The notes below the pieces were generated by a model. The model was not told the origin of the DNA. It saw only the letters and a program-made list of their open reading frames with translations, and ran no database searches. A DNA stretch of 64,000 nt from Fimicolochytrium jonesii (lineage: Eukaryota), in NCBI RefSeq assembly GCF_025526975.1, contig NW_026515671.1, forward strand, positions 620,001-684,000, given 5' to 3'. Both the position numbers and the translations under genes were made by a program. Position 1 is the first letter of the stretch, and every line of letters begins with the position of its first letter. Shown here one piece after another: positions 49,844-62,666 of the stretch.

Positions 49844-51740
49844 TCAAAAAGCCGACCATGGCTCCCTAGAGCGTTTCAAAACAGCGCTCATGTACGCAGC
49901 AGTTGCATCAAGCTTGGCGGCCTCATCCGCGTCTTCCTCGCCCACCTCGGTGTACCTATTCAGCAGTGCCGTGGCTTCTTGAAAGCTCCCTTCGCCCGAA
50001 TCCCACGCCCGGCGGAATGCTGCCCCAGGGGGTGGTGGCGGTAAGGCGCTTAACGAAGATGAAAAGTGCGACGACGACAGAGGTAGTGACGATGACGTGG
50101 TTTGGAACTGCAGCGGCAAGGAGGAGGAGTAACTGCCCAGCCCTGCCGAAACATCCGCTGAGTTTCGGTGGGATAGACGCGCAGGACGGTATGTGTCCAT
50201 GCCGAGGAAAGATGACGATGAGGGTATGTTGGATTGAGCGAATAGCGAAGATGGCGTCTGCTCTGTCGACGTTGCTTGCGTCGCAAAGCTCGAGAAATGA
50301 TCATGGTACGTTTGCAAGTGTGCCGGCATTTGAGTCTGACTCGCAATTGAGGACGGCCGGGACAGCAGGTCGTCGAAGTAAGTCGGAGTCGATAATGGTT
50401 CTTGTGGAATCAGCGAGGCTATGCCGCCGATCGAGAACGGCAGTAATGTGGATCCAGAGAGTTCGGTCACACCAGTGGCGATTGACTCAGCGCTGGTGTT
50501 GGCAGACAGAGCGTCAATCGGTGGCGTGCGCTTCACGGATAGAGTCTCCTTTGGAGAACCAGACGTGCTGCGTGATGCAATCTCCAGAAATGCACCGGTT
50601 TCGGGGCTCTCAACGCCTGGAAGAACAAACGCCGATGGAAGCTTCGAGTCCGACTGTTGTTCATCAAGGACCGAGCCGCAAATATTCGCCAGCATATGCA
50701 TCCTGCTCCAGTCTGATGTTCTCTCCGTCCCGGCAGATAACGGTGGGGTCGATTGTGCTCCCGTTAAATCATAGATCGTCCCTGGCAGAGACGACGGTGT
50801 AAATGAGGACGTTCTTGCATTTGTTCGCTGCAACTGTTGTAGTGATGGATAGGCTGGAAGCGGCGTCGACATGGAGATCCCACTCGTCGGGACCGACCGA
50901 TGGACATGTTCAAACTCGGCAGCCATCGCCAACTGAGGGGAGTGGTGGACTCGGTACGCATGCGACGGGAGAGTAGATTTGATCATTGCAGTGGCTAAGA
51001 TGGTCTTCCCGCTCTTTGCTGGGTGATGTTGAGTATGAGGGGCATCGCAAACACTGCTTTGCCCTTGTTCGCTCGCAGAATCGTTGAACATATCTGAATC
51101 GCTGCGCACATCCGATGCTGGAAGAGTGATGGAGGGAACAGAATCATTAGTGACTGATTGACTGTCGTTGGAGGAATAGCTTTGCGCAGATCGGAACTTA
51201 CTTGATGATGGACGCTTGTACGTCCCTCTCTTTATTCCTACACGTGGGCAACAGAACCTAAGATCAGCAAACGGACCACCACGCATGTGACAAACCACCG
51301 CCCACAGAAGCATAAAAAAGCATCGGAAACTCTTGCGACACATACGAAATTCACCTTTGGTTCGCTCCTTCCGCTCGGAATCCTTACAGCTGCCATCCAA
51401 GTTAAATTTGACGCATCGCGAGCACGGACGAGCCTCATCGCATTTTTTGCATGCTCGTTGGCAGTTCACTAAGGGGAACGTCAAAGATTGGTGAGAACGA
51501 AAGAAGGAGGAAACAACTCGACGACCGCTTCTTATAATCGCGTCTGAAGGGGCAATCTTGCCCAAGATGGAGGACATCCGTCTGACCTCCCTTGCAATCT
51601 TACTAACCACATGCGTTTTTCACTTGTGCGCGCTTCGGTCTCGATGAAGAAGATGAAGCAGGGGAAGGACCGGAGAGGGAAGAAGAAAGGGGAAACGGCG
51701 AAACGTCCGAGTGCGCCCGTCTTATCATTGGAGCTCGCAT
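49844..51740 (-). CDS. Zn(II)2Cys6 transcription factor
   Basis: Spliced RPKRAQVKNAC|VNCQRACKKCDEARPCSRCVKFNLDGSCKDSERKERTKG|IKRGTYKR, then a Ser-rich activation-type region. The first in-frame ATG is at 51740. Confidence 0.88.
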
Positions 51741-52207
51741 GTTGGAGTTGTCGTTGCGGAAATTGAGGAGTTATGCCGAGCCGGGATTTTCTGACCGCTG
51801 CGACTTCTAGCTCGTTGTTTCCAGTGTGCTAGGTCTTCCGGGTGCTGGCAGAAGGTGAAGGATGGGACAGGATGTGAAATGTCAGCACACGGCTTTCCCG
51901 TGCTGTTATGGTGATGACGCGACACTAATGGTGATGTGCATCCTGCAGCGCCGATCCAGCTCCTCAGTCAGAATAGTTGGTGCTTGCAGGGTTGTGACAG
52001 GTCGCTGCGGTGTTTGTCGGCAGCGGAATTGCACTTTTCCACCGTAAGGTTGACGATGAGAGTAACACCTCGACAAACCCACAATGGAGATGCCCAACTG
52101 CGGTGCTTCGAAGTTGACCCGTCTCTTTCCTCCGTTCTCACTCTCACTCTCACAAACACAATCCCTCTCCTTCCTCCTTTTTGCCGCTTGCCCCTGCTGT
52201 CCCTGTG

Positions 52208-52212
<5 letters not shown>

Positions 52213-52245
<33 letters not shown>
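52213..52245. repeat. (TGC)11 / (CAG)n microsatellite upstream of the Zn2Cys6 gene
   Basis: Eleven perfect TGC units, near a CT-rich simple-sequence tract at ~52120-52180. Confidence 0.95.
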
Positions 52246-54326
52246 GACGATATGTGTTGCGGTCGTCCATCCCAATCACTGCTCTTTTTCCTCCCATCCC
52301 TTCTCGCGCGCGCGTCAAAGCTGTGTCACGACTAATTCCCTGGGGCCCAAAACCCTCCTTCTCCCACCAGCATCCCCATTCTGCAACTTGCCGACTCCAC
52401 TCACTCATAACACTCACCTCGGAACGATATATCAGGTCTCCACTCCTGAGGCCGGGCCTGCTGTCCGCCGGTTGTCCAAACGACTCGTCCGCTCCTTGCC
52501 GCATGCAATCGCGACTCACGCACTCACGCCTGCGCGTCCACAGTCCGGCGACGAGCAGGGGGACTCTCAACGTTGCACTCCCTAAGCGACCAAACGGTGA
52601 AGAGCAGAACGTTAATCGGGAGCGAACCCGGCGAAAAAGTGTTTTCCGCTCAACCTCGTCTCTCCAGCTCATTTCGTATGTTTTTCGCTACGAAAGGGAC
52701 AAACCAACCTTCCACAGATATCACCACGTCCTTTCTTCCCTACTGCTTGTCCTCTTGTGGTAGATGTAATGCGATGATGATCCTAATGAGCGCGCAGATT
52801 TGGATTTTGGAATGAGTGTCGCAATCGCTTGGGGAGTGGGCCTCTTCCTCAAGAGGTGACGAGGATCAGAGTGTCAAAATGTGGTTTCACGAGCGTCCTA
52901 TTGAAGTGGCAGCGAATTGAGTGATGAGCATGCTGGTCGTTCTGCTTCCTCCGAGAGCAGCCCGTTCCGCTCTTCATCGGAGGGTGGCTGCGGCTTCACC
53001 CTCACCCTTGATCGTCTTCCCTTTTGTGCTCACTTTGTTCGCAGCACACAAATTGCGTTCCCAGATGTTTTCCAGGTGACACACATGCAAATGAATGTGA
53101 GGTGTGTGTACACACGGACTGGTGAACCCGCCTTCAAGTTTCCGATCTTCAGCCTCAAGATGTCAGCGATCAAGAATAACCGCTGCGGCCGTTCTTCTGT
53201 AATCCCCTTGCTTCTAAGATGACCGGAATACTTGCGAAGATTCGAAACTACCACCACACCACATGCACCGAGTTCCACATGTTCCTCGCTTCGCTGCATA
53301 TTCAGATAGTAGGCGGGTTTTGGGGTCAGAGGGGAAGATGCGGTAAGCAGCAATCTGGCCCAGGCTGGCCAAAAGACGATGGTGCATTTGGAACTCAAGA
53401 CATTCTGTTGTTGTTGCCCGCGCTAAAACGGCAAAAGGACAAACTTAAAAATTGTGAGGCACTGTAGATCTGGACCTGTGGATGTCCACCATTCTTGCCA
53501 ACCCACTACGATGCAATGCCTGCAGCACCTGGAAGCACTAGAGCTAGAGGTGACCAGACTCGCAGCTTGCAGAGGTTGCGTTCGGATCTGGATCTGGACA
53601 TGGAATTTGGAAGGTGGCTTCCGGGGGAGCACGAGAACGCGTCCCTCGTCGCGTTTACAGCATCTTATTCTCACCCAAAGAGCTTTGATCTTGAGGCTCG
53701 CAATGCCTCGAACCGTCTCTTGCTTTGCAGAGTTGCTTCGTAAAACGTAGATAGGAGGCCGGATGAGCCCAACAATAAATGCCTAAGAGGAAACTGTGCA
53801 ACGAACATTGCTCGAAAAAACCAAAATAAAAGCTATCCGCAGTCACGTGGGTCTATTAAGTGAGGCTTGACCTTGGATGCGGCCCCTTGGCATTTAGATT
53901 TTGGGGACACCAGGCCTAATGTGTCAGCAACTTCATGGGAACCAAAATGATGAGAAAACTGGAGAGGCCCCATCATGTGTTTTTCGCGATCGCCGACTCG
54001 GAGCCAAGCGGGGGACGCTGCCCCGTGGCGGTGCTCCCTCGCCGCAATGCGACACGTCAGGACATGGTGGCATTTTGAATCACTTGCCCCGGCGCTTCTC
54101 CGCAGTTGCAGAAGAGAGTCGATTCCTTGGCTCGCAATCTGGCTGTGCGTCCCGATTCTTCCTCACTTCCTGTTGATAAAAAGCACGCTCTCACTCGTCG
54201 ACGATATTCCTCAGACCGCACGCACAAATAGCATCTCCAACAGTCTTGGTCAGCTTCCGTCTTTCAATATAAAGAAAAGTGAAACAGCCACCCGCCCTCA
54301 ACTCGGAAGACAGTTCGGCTTTCGAA

Positions 54327-55037
54327 ATGGACTTCAACACAAACACATCGTACGGGGTGAACACGTCGACCCAGGGACCACCCTACCAGCCGGTCCCGGC
54401 TCCCGCACAGCCGATCCATGACCAACACAATGACGATAAGTCGAAGCCATGGTCTCAAGACGCTTACGCCAACGCCGCCCTCCCTCCGTACGGTCAGCCT
54501 CCCTACCCTCAACAACAACAGCAACAGACATACGCGTACCCACCAGCGCCTGGCGGGCCACAGGTTGTGTACTTACCCGCACCGTACGCCGGTGGTGGTC
54601 TTGCTCGAGGCCCACCTTCCACCGTAATCTTTGTTGTTCTCGGTGTTATCGGGGCATGGTTTTTCGGTCCCTTCGCTTTCCTTCTCTACTGCTGCATCAG
54701 GGAGGTTCGATCCCGCCAAGCGATGCTCAAGGGACTTACCGCAGGCTTGCTGCTGCAAGGCTTGATTGCCCTCCTCGGCGCCTTCACGTGGTACAACTCT
54801 TGTGTGGCTGCAAGGACCGACCCCATCAACAACGACAGATTCAATAACGATCCCACATTTGGCGGTGACGGTTTCGGTTTCTACTCGCGCTCGGGCATCA
54901 ACTGTGAGAGCTTCAGGCTCGCTCTATTCATCTATTCTGGGATCTCTTTGGCTGTCTCGGCGCTCTGCGCTTTGATTATTGTGCGTGGCAGGAAGGCGGC
55001 GGCGGCGGCAGCCACAACTACCCCCGTGATGGCGTAA
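54327..55037 (+). CDS. Hypothetical membrane protein with Pro/Tyr/Gln-rich N-terminus and about 3 transmembrane helices
   Basis: Single ORF from MDFNTNTSYG. Hydrophobic segments TVIFVVLGVIGAWFFGPFAFLLYCC, GLTAGLLLQGLIALLGAFTW and LALFIYSGISLAVSALCALIIV. Codon bias looks coding. Confidence 0.8.
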   Translation: MDFNTNTSYGVNTSTQGPPYQPVPAPAQPIHDQHNDDKSKPWSQDAYANAALPPYGQPPYPQQQQQQTYAYPPAPGGPQVVYLPAPYAGGGLARGPPSTVIFVVLGVIGAWFFGPFAFLLYCCIREVRSRQAMLKGLTAGLLLQGLIALLGAFTWYNSCVAARTDPINNDRFNNDPTFGGDGFGFYSRSGINCESFRLALFIYSGISLAVSALCALIIVRGRKAAAAAATTTPVMA

Positions 55038-55453
55038 AGTCTTTAAAGAATGGGAAGAGTCTGAATTGTATGAATCTCGGAGATGTAGTTTTGGCCGTGA
55101 TCCATCCTGTATATACGTACAGTCCGTGATGTGAATATGATTTTCTTGCAGTATACAGTATCATGTCCTTTATCTCGCAATAGGCTCCATGTCCACTCTC
55201 TCCTGTTATGCCCATGACATTTTTGGACTTGCTGACTACAGTATGTAACCTATTGACGATGTGAAGTTTGTGTGTGTGCAATGAATGGCCTTGGCACCAG
55301 GGACGTCAAAGCGATGACCAACTTCCGTGCGCCGTTGCGTGATGGGAACGCATAAGACGCATATACTGTACAGTACAAGGCTTGGCTCACCAACCCCAGT
55401 TCCCACACAAACAGAAATTTGGAACCTTTCTCCCAAACCCTCATTGATAGATC

Positions 55454-57691
55454 ATGGGAAAGTCGCTCTTCCCGCAGAGGCCAGCCGCCACCACCGTCCA
55501 CGGCGGTCTTGGCGACGCAAGTTACGAGTCGCTTCCAAACTACACAGCTTCCGCCTCCGGGAGTGGGAATGTTGAGAACGAGGAGAACGACCCGCTTTTC
55601 GGGAACTCCAGTGCTGACTCCAAATTCAATAATGCTCCCATTTACCAGGTGCGTTGGGGTTTGCGAGGAGTTGTGGGAATTTACTGGCAGGGTTGGGCAG
55701 AGTGGTGGTTCATGGAAGAACGGTGTTCTATTGGCGAGTAGAGAAGGACTTGAGGCTGTGGACGGTGCTGGTATTGGCTTCTATAGCAGTGGCAAGGGGT
55801 CGATGCGGATGCATATGCGAATGGCAGCAGATCGGGGATATAGCTTGTTACAGGCACGACCAAAGTACCTGGATGAACGTAGATGGAACTCACTCTTGTT
55901 ACGCCCTACGCAGGACAAATGGGCAACAGTTGCCTTCTTCGCACACCTAGTGGTCTTGGCGTTTCTGACGGTCGCTGGCTGGAAAGTCAATCTGCCCGAT
56001 GTGCCCGCAGACGGGTCTGATCCGCGCACTCCCGGCGATGGCAATGCTCTCGAGACGGCCGATCCTTCCGAACCCCAAGTTCCAATTGGGGACTTCCCTG
56101 CTCTCTCCCAATTCGCCATGTCATTTTTCGGAGTGATCTTGGCAGGCTTCCTGTTGACTGTTTCATACTTTTTCCTCATGGAAAGGTGCGTTGATGGGAT
56201 GTCTGCCATTTGTTCGCCCCTATTCCCAGTTTGATACTGAAATTGATCCCCGTTCTCTCGCTCAAGGTATCCTCGCCAGTTGATCCACTCATCCTTCATC
56301 TTCAACACCGTGACTGCTGCCATGTTGGGGATCTTCTACCTAGCCTCCGGCGCCTTTTTCCCCGCCCTTTTCGCGCTCATCTACAGCGCCATCCACATCT
56401 TTATGTACTTCGCCTACCGCACTCGAATGGAGTTTGCTCGTGTGATTTTGACCGCCGTTACCACGGTCACAAAGTCGTATCCGGGCACCCTCGCGGTGGG
56501 AGTCGCTGGTACCGTCGTCCAGACGATCTGGATGGCGGTTTGGACCTTTGCGGCCATTGGCGGCTACAGGCTCACAAAGACGAACGACAGCGATGCCGTT
56601 AAGGTAAGGCGTTGTCACTCAATTGCTCGTCTGGGTCGGCTTCAAGCTTGGTCCGATTACTGATCGAACCGCAAATCACAATTCATTCTCATAGTACATC
56701 GTGTCGACGTACATAATATTCTCCATGTACTGGACGAGTCAAGTTATCAAGAATGTGGTCCATGTGACAGTCTCTGGATGTAAGTCTCACCACCGTTTGA
56801 CCCCAATAATTTGGAAGCATTCCCACTTACGCGTATCACGCAGTGTTTGCTACGTACTATTTCACCGGCATCTCCACTGCCGATGGGTCCGTCGTGGTCC
56901 CGGTTGCAAACCCGACGCTCAAGAGCGCCAAAAGAGCCGTCACCACTTCTTTTGGGCCAATCGCCTTCGGTAGTCTCATTATCGCTTTGATCCAAACTTT
57001 GAGGCATGTCGCGAACCAAATTCGACGCAACGCACAAGAAGACAACAACAGGTAAGAGCACGAAGTCCGACGGATCGCGCTGGTACGGGTATACAACGAA
57101 CTGACATATCTCATTTTCCAGCGCTCTCGCGTTGGTTGCTACCTGTGCCGATTGTCTTTTATCTATGATCGAGGGTGTCATCGCCTTCATCAACGTGTAC
57201 GCCTTCACCCAAGTTGCCATCTACGGCAAATCCTACCTGGAGGCCGGAAGAGACACATGGGCCCTCCTGCAGTCACGCGGCGTTGATCTCATCATTAACG
57301 ACGATCTGACATCTGGGGTATTGACCCTGGGAGGTGTGTTGATCGCTTTCCTTGCGGGTACTGTCGGGTACATCATCGGCTGGTTGCAGTACTCCGAGCC
57401 GGCTGTGGTCTGGGTGTTGGCCGGGTTGGGCTTCGTTGCTGGGATCATCCAGTTCTGGGTCCTGTCTGAGACCATCCGTAGTGGTGTCGCGACAACCTTC
57501 GTGTGCCTGTAAGTCTCCCGTCTACATTTTCGGTCTTATATGGGGAGATTTGGCATGCTAACCTTTCGTCTAATCGCACGCCATTCAGTGCCGAAGACCC
57601 TCTTGCGCTCCGTCGTACGAAGCCCGAGCTCTATAACAAGTTCTCCGAAGTGTACCCGCGATCCGTCCAGGATCCTGCTTTCGAAGTGTAA
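55454..57691 (+). CDS. PNS1: PNS1 / choline-transporter-like (CTL/SLC44) plasma-membrane protein
   Basis: APIYQ|DKWATVAFFAHL, R|YPRQLIH, FSMYWTSQVIKNVVHVTVSG, KRAVTTSFGPIAFGSLIIALIQTLR, INVYAFTQVAIYGKSYLEAGRDTW, IINDDL, and SGVATTFVC|AEDPLALRRTKPELY. Confidence 0.93.
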
Positions 57692-58160
57692 AGCAAAGTG
57701 CCATTGTAGCGTTTATGCACCGTAATGGGGTATTTTCCCAGGTGCTGCCTTTTTTCATCGAGATTTATTTCACCAACATCTGCAAAGTTTGTAAACATCT
57801 TATACCCTAGCAAGCGGCTCCCTTCTTGGTCCGACGACATAGTTTTATGTAGTTCGATGTGGTTTTTCGTATGGCTATCGACTTTAAACGAAAATGTGAG
57901 CATATTATCACGAATACGAACTTGACACCTTTGTTGGTGGACTGACGGCAAGAATTGACAGTATGCTGCAGAAATGCGAAACACTCCACACATCTTTCGA
58001 TCGAAATGCGGCGGCGGCAGCTGCCCAAAATGTGTGTGGAGTGAGATGGGACGCAGACAAATTGCATCGGGATTCGACTTCCTCTCAAGAGCTTGCCCAT
58101 ATTCAATATCGCAAAGAAACGGACGTACAAAGTACAGCAATCATCTCATATCGCTTCCAA

Positions 58161-61100
58161 ATGCATGCCACCATCCTCGTGCTAGCCGCTATTTCCATCC
58201 TCATTCATCCGAGGACGACAACAGCGGCCCCCATACCCTTGACACCAGATGTCATCAGCGGCACGTTTCCTGATAGCCTCACCCACCCGTTGATGCAGCT
58301 GAGTCACCGAATGACGGGCGTTGCGGATGTTTTGAGTATGCTCCCGCAGCTGGATGGGAGCGGGATAAAGATTGGTGTGGCTGATACTGGTCCGTAGGTT
58401 TTTTCTTGTGTAGGTTTTGGCGCTATGTTGGGGTGATAACTGAACTGTGCCTCGTTCTGGTATGTGATTCAGGCATCGATGCAACCCACCCTGCTCTGGC
58501 TGGTAAGATCGCCGCGGCTGCGGATCTCACGGCCGCGGTCGGGGCGCCTGGCGGACCTGTCGCTCTTGAAGACGCGACTACGGTTGTGGATTGGTAAGTG
58601 ATATCTCCTTGAACTGAACCGTCTGTGGGAACATGAAATGTCTGATTCATTGTGGTGATCTCTATTGCTAGTACGGGTCACGGGACGCACGTAGGTACGA
58701 CTGCATGCAAAACCTTTTGCTCAACAGTCGGACCAGTGGTACTGATGTTCCCTGTTCGCGAATCTCAATGTGCACCTGTGTTCCGACTACGCACCTCCAG
58801 CGGGTATCATCGCAGGCACGGACGCTCGCGTAGCCGGTGTGGCCCCCAACGCCAGTCTCACGGCTTACAAGGTATGTTGGTGGAGCCAACGGCGACATAA
58901 CACTGCCTTAGTTCACATCCGGAGCCCCTGACAGATCTTTGGCTGTACCGGCGGCACCACAGAAGCACGTGTGATTAGCTCCCTCACGCAGGCGACGGCG
59001 GATGGGATGGATGTGGTGAACCTGAGTCTGGGAATCCCCGGGGGATGGCCGGACTCGCCCGCTGCGATGGCAGCCCAGACGGCGGTGGGCGAAGGATTGT
59101 GGGTTGTTGCTGCGCAAGGTATATTCTCTCTCGAGTCGGAAGTGCTTGGGGCGGAATTCGACAGCGCGCCTGCTCAAAATGCACGGTTCTTTGATTCTTG
59201 ACTTAGGAAATGATGGACCTTTGGGCTTGTTTGCTACACCAGCACCTGGAGTTTCTCCTGCTGCTTTGTCCGTCGGCGCTGTTGAGAATCCGTGAGTTGT
59301 AGCTGGTGCCGAGCGCTTCTAACCAGTCATGTGAGCCATGTGGACTCATGCCTCTGGATAACCTTTTCCACAACAAGCTACTTCCTCGGCGGTTTCTTGA
59401 CCCTGAGCGCGAACACCACCCGGAACATCACCTACGCTGGCACCACGTCTCCTCTCACATTGCCCGCAACCTCGCCTCTCATCTCTCTCGCATCTGACTC
59501 CTGCACCGCCGTCGATCCCGGCGGCCAAAACTTCACGCAAGCCATCGTCCTCCTCCAGCGCGGCGGGTGCAGCTTCAACACCAAAGCCACCAACCTCAAA
59601 GCTGTAGGCGCCGTGGCAATGGTCGTGTATGATAATACGGATGGACTCTATCGTTTTGCGCTTGACAAACCGGCAACGGATCTGGTCATTGCGGCCGTTA
59701 CGAAGGATGATGGTTTGTGGATGAAGGAGATTGTGGAGGCTACAGCCACTGCACCGAGTGTGGTTTGGGATGGCGGGCTAAGGGTTATGGATAATCCAGA
59801 TGGAGGGACGGTCGCTCAGTATTCCAGTGTAAGTTTCCTTGCGTCTACGCACGAGTCTGGAACGCATATTTACGATTAATGATTGGCCCCCGGCTTACCC
59901 TTCGGGTAATCAGTGGGGCCCCGCACCATCTTTGCAGTTGAAGCCAGACATTGTGGCGCCGGGGTCGGTCGTTTACTCTACTTTCCCGGTCGCCAACGGT
60001 TCATACTATGCAGTGAGTTCATCTTCACCTCTTTCACATCACCTCCCCATAACGCACTGCCGGCGATGAGATTTAAACCTGACAAACTTCAGCTTTCAGG
60101 AACGTCGATGGCCAGCCCTTACACTTCGGCTTCTTTGGCTCTCCTTCGGCAGCATCTTACTGTTCCGCCAGGCACAGCGCCATCATTCGCAGATGCGACG
60201 AACCGGCTGCTTTCCACAGCAATGCCCGTTCGCCATCGCGCCATTGCTAATCGCATCGCTTCAGCAGCACTTCAAGGCTGTGGGCTGATCAACATGAAAG
60301 CGGCCATCAACACCGTCGTCCAATTATCGCCTGCGAAAATGGCCGTGGGCCAGGTAGCCGCAGACACGCCGCTCAACGTGGTCATGACGCTTACACACAC
60401 GGGCGCCGCACGAGACCAGGATGCGCAATTTGACCTGAGCCATTCACCTGCAACAACAATCGACCTGGCCGATCCGAGCGTCGTCCCGCCGATCGAGACT
60501 GATGCCTACGCTGCCGCAGTGACATTCGACGGGACGACCGTTGCCATCCCCGTTGGACAGACGATCAACATTACAGCGACGATACATCCTCCGGCCACAG
60601 ATCCTTCAGGAAAGAACTATCTCATCAGCGGTGCCCTCATTGCGACGCCTAGTGGAGCCTTCGCGCAATCGACTGCAGCTGCGACGTTGCACGCGACATA
60701 CATGGCATTAGTGGGATCTTACACTGCACTCCCCATTCTCCCGGCCAACGGCACCTACCCGATCGTACATACACCGCCATCTGGCCAAGCGGCGGGTATA
60801 GCGGAGGTAGTTCTCGCGATCCAACTCCCTCTTCGAAGCGTCACTGTTCATCTCCTGACCGCGGCAACGACAACGACTGATAGAGCTGTGGTGGGAGGAG
60901 CCGTTGTGGGAACCGTCGGACAGAGCCTCTACATAGGTCCCTCTCGCCCGACCACTTCCTTCATTTTCACCGGACAAATGTTACCTGCGGACACTCCCGC
61001 CGATGTTGCATTTGGAGTGTGGGATGGCGGGGAAGTTTCAGCAGGCCCCGTTGCGTATGGGGCTGTTCCTACCGGTGACTACGTGCTGAGAATCACTTTC

Positions 61101-61169
61101 GGAAGAGACGTTCCTACTGGTGCGGCGGCAGTTACTGAGGAATGGACGAGTGCATCATTTGCGGTGTAG
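58161..61169 (+). CDS. Secreted subtilisin (S8A) with PA domain and C-terminal beta-sandwich (Vpr/PoSl-like)
   Basis: Signal peptide MHATILVLAAISILIH. Catalytic D in IGVADTG|ID, H in DC|TGHGTHV|AGIIAG (23-nt micro-exon), oxyanion AAQG|ND, and S in LSGTSMASP. PA domain IVLLQRGGCSFNTKATNL; LKPDIVAPG; QGCGLIN. Confidence 0.92.
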
Positions 61170-61557
61170 CTCCATAGAGAACTACGGATAGCTTATCGGC
61201 GTATTGTGTATAGTACTGTATAGTCCTCGGGGCTTTCTTTGTTCAACGGCTTGCTCTATTTTCCATGCCCTTTCCAGCACGCTGAACAGCTAGAGCGCTG
61301 ATTCCTCAAACTCAGGCACGAGAGAAGGGTCCGATCGAGAACGGATGTCGAAATCGGAAAGGCTCGCGTGATGTCATCGCTGTTGACGGTCTTTTGACGG
61401 GAAGCTTTTTCCTCGCTCCACAAGCGGAAAAAACCTACCTTGAAACTCACTGATAAAGAGCCCTCTCCCGGCCCTCGCCCACCAGTCGAAGCTTCAACAG
61501 AACTGCATACATACACACATCGACTCCCAACAACCGAGCTCAAAAACGAACGCCGAG

Positions 61558-61930
61558 ATGTCAGACGTCAGCGGAAACGAGATCGAGAAAGGTACCCACG
61601 TCGCGTGGAACTGGGGCAACGCCCATGCCCAAGGTCATGTCAAAGAAATATCAGAGGAGAAGCTGGAAAAGACCATCAAAGGTATGCGTCTAAATGCACT
61701 TGGCTTGCGTTCTTGCGATGTGCACCAACACGAAATGACGCTTTTCTCTCAACCGGCCAGGTAAACACATCACCCGAAATGGCACCGAGGACAATCCTGC
61801 ACTCTTCATCGAAAACGACAAGAAAGGAGGCAATCCAGTCGTCAAAAAGGCCAGCGAGGTCCATGTAATCGATGGCGAGGACGTCCCAAGCAACGAAAAG
61901 GTCGAAACTCGCAGGCAACAGGAATCGTAG
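61558..61930 (+). CDS. DUF2945 / Hva1 Tudor-like small protein
   Basis: EIEKGTHVAWNWGNAHAQGHVKEI...KTIKG|KHITRNGTEDNPALFIE...NPVVKKASEV. One intron at 61682-61760. Confidence 0.85.
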
Positions 61931-62339
61931 GCAGCCACCTTTGTCTGGAGCGGCTCACTCACATTAGCCAGAGGGTTTTTACCGATCCGCATTATTGTGT
62001 ACATAAATTTCATCTGGAAATACCCCTACGTAGTTTTGGGGATTTCGAAAGAATATATCAACCGGGTCATCGGCGCTTCATCAGAACTCAGTCAGCCCAC
62101 CACTATCAATGAAGCACTCCGTAACGCTCAGTCGAACTCAGGGCAAGTAAGAATCGTTTATATTCCTGCAGGAAAAGAAAGCCACTAGGTCTTTCGCTTA
62201 TGGAAGGTCATGATCTATTGAACCAGGAACTATGGAACCATGGAAAGGCGACGTCGTGCCAAAGAATTGTTGTGGTTGCGAGTAGAATGGGATATAATGT
62301 ATATATTCATTTGTGCAACCAAAAGCTAGCATTCAACAA

Positions 62340-62422
62340 GCACGGATGGCCGAGTTGGTCTAAGGCGTTGGTCTCAAGTTCCAATCTCGTAAGAGGCGCG
62401 AGTTCGAATCTCGCTTCGTGCA
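62340..62422 (+). tRNA. tRNA-Leu(CAA), intronless, long variable arm
   Basis: Acceptor stem GCACGGA/TTCGTGC plus discriminator A. A-box TGGCCGAGTTGG. Anticodon arm TTGGT-CTCAAGT-TCCAA. Variable arm CTC-GTAA-GAG. T arm GCGAG-TTCGAAT-CTCGC. Confidence 0.95.
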
Positions 62423-62427
62423 CAATC

Positions 62428-62433
62428 TTTTTT
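62428..62433 (+). terminator. RNA polymerase III terminator (T6)
   Basis: A run of six T five bases after the tRNA 3' end. Confidence 0.8.
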
Positions 62434-62666
62434 GTACTGTTCAGATGGAATTAATCTTGGAAATGGCATTTATCCATTTCCTCTTTTCCACTCTCCAAAT
62501 ACTGGAGATATGTCCTTTCCTTTGGGAATTGGGAACTTCGGTGATAAATGAATCGGGGTTTTGATATGCTACAAAGATTGACAGGAATGATAGTATAGGG
62601 TACACTAGTCAAAAGTAGATTTACAAGCAAGGATGAATGTGGAAACGTGTCTTCAACACGAACTCC

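Noticed and set aside
49903..50802. 299-aa plus-strand ORF
   Set aside because: It is antisense to the Zn2Cys6 CDS, Arg-rich and has no motifs.
51936..52763. Overlapping ORFs with poly-L, poly-S, poly-C and poly-A tracts
   Set aside because: These are artefacts of the (TGC)11 microsatellite and stop-poor simple sequence.
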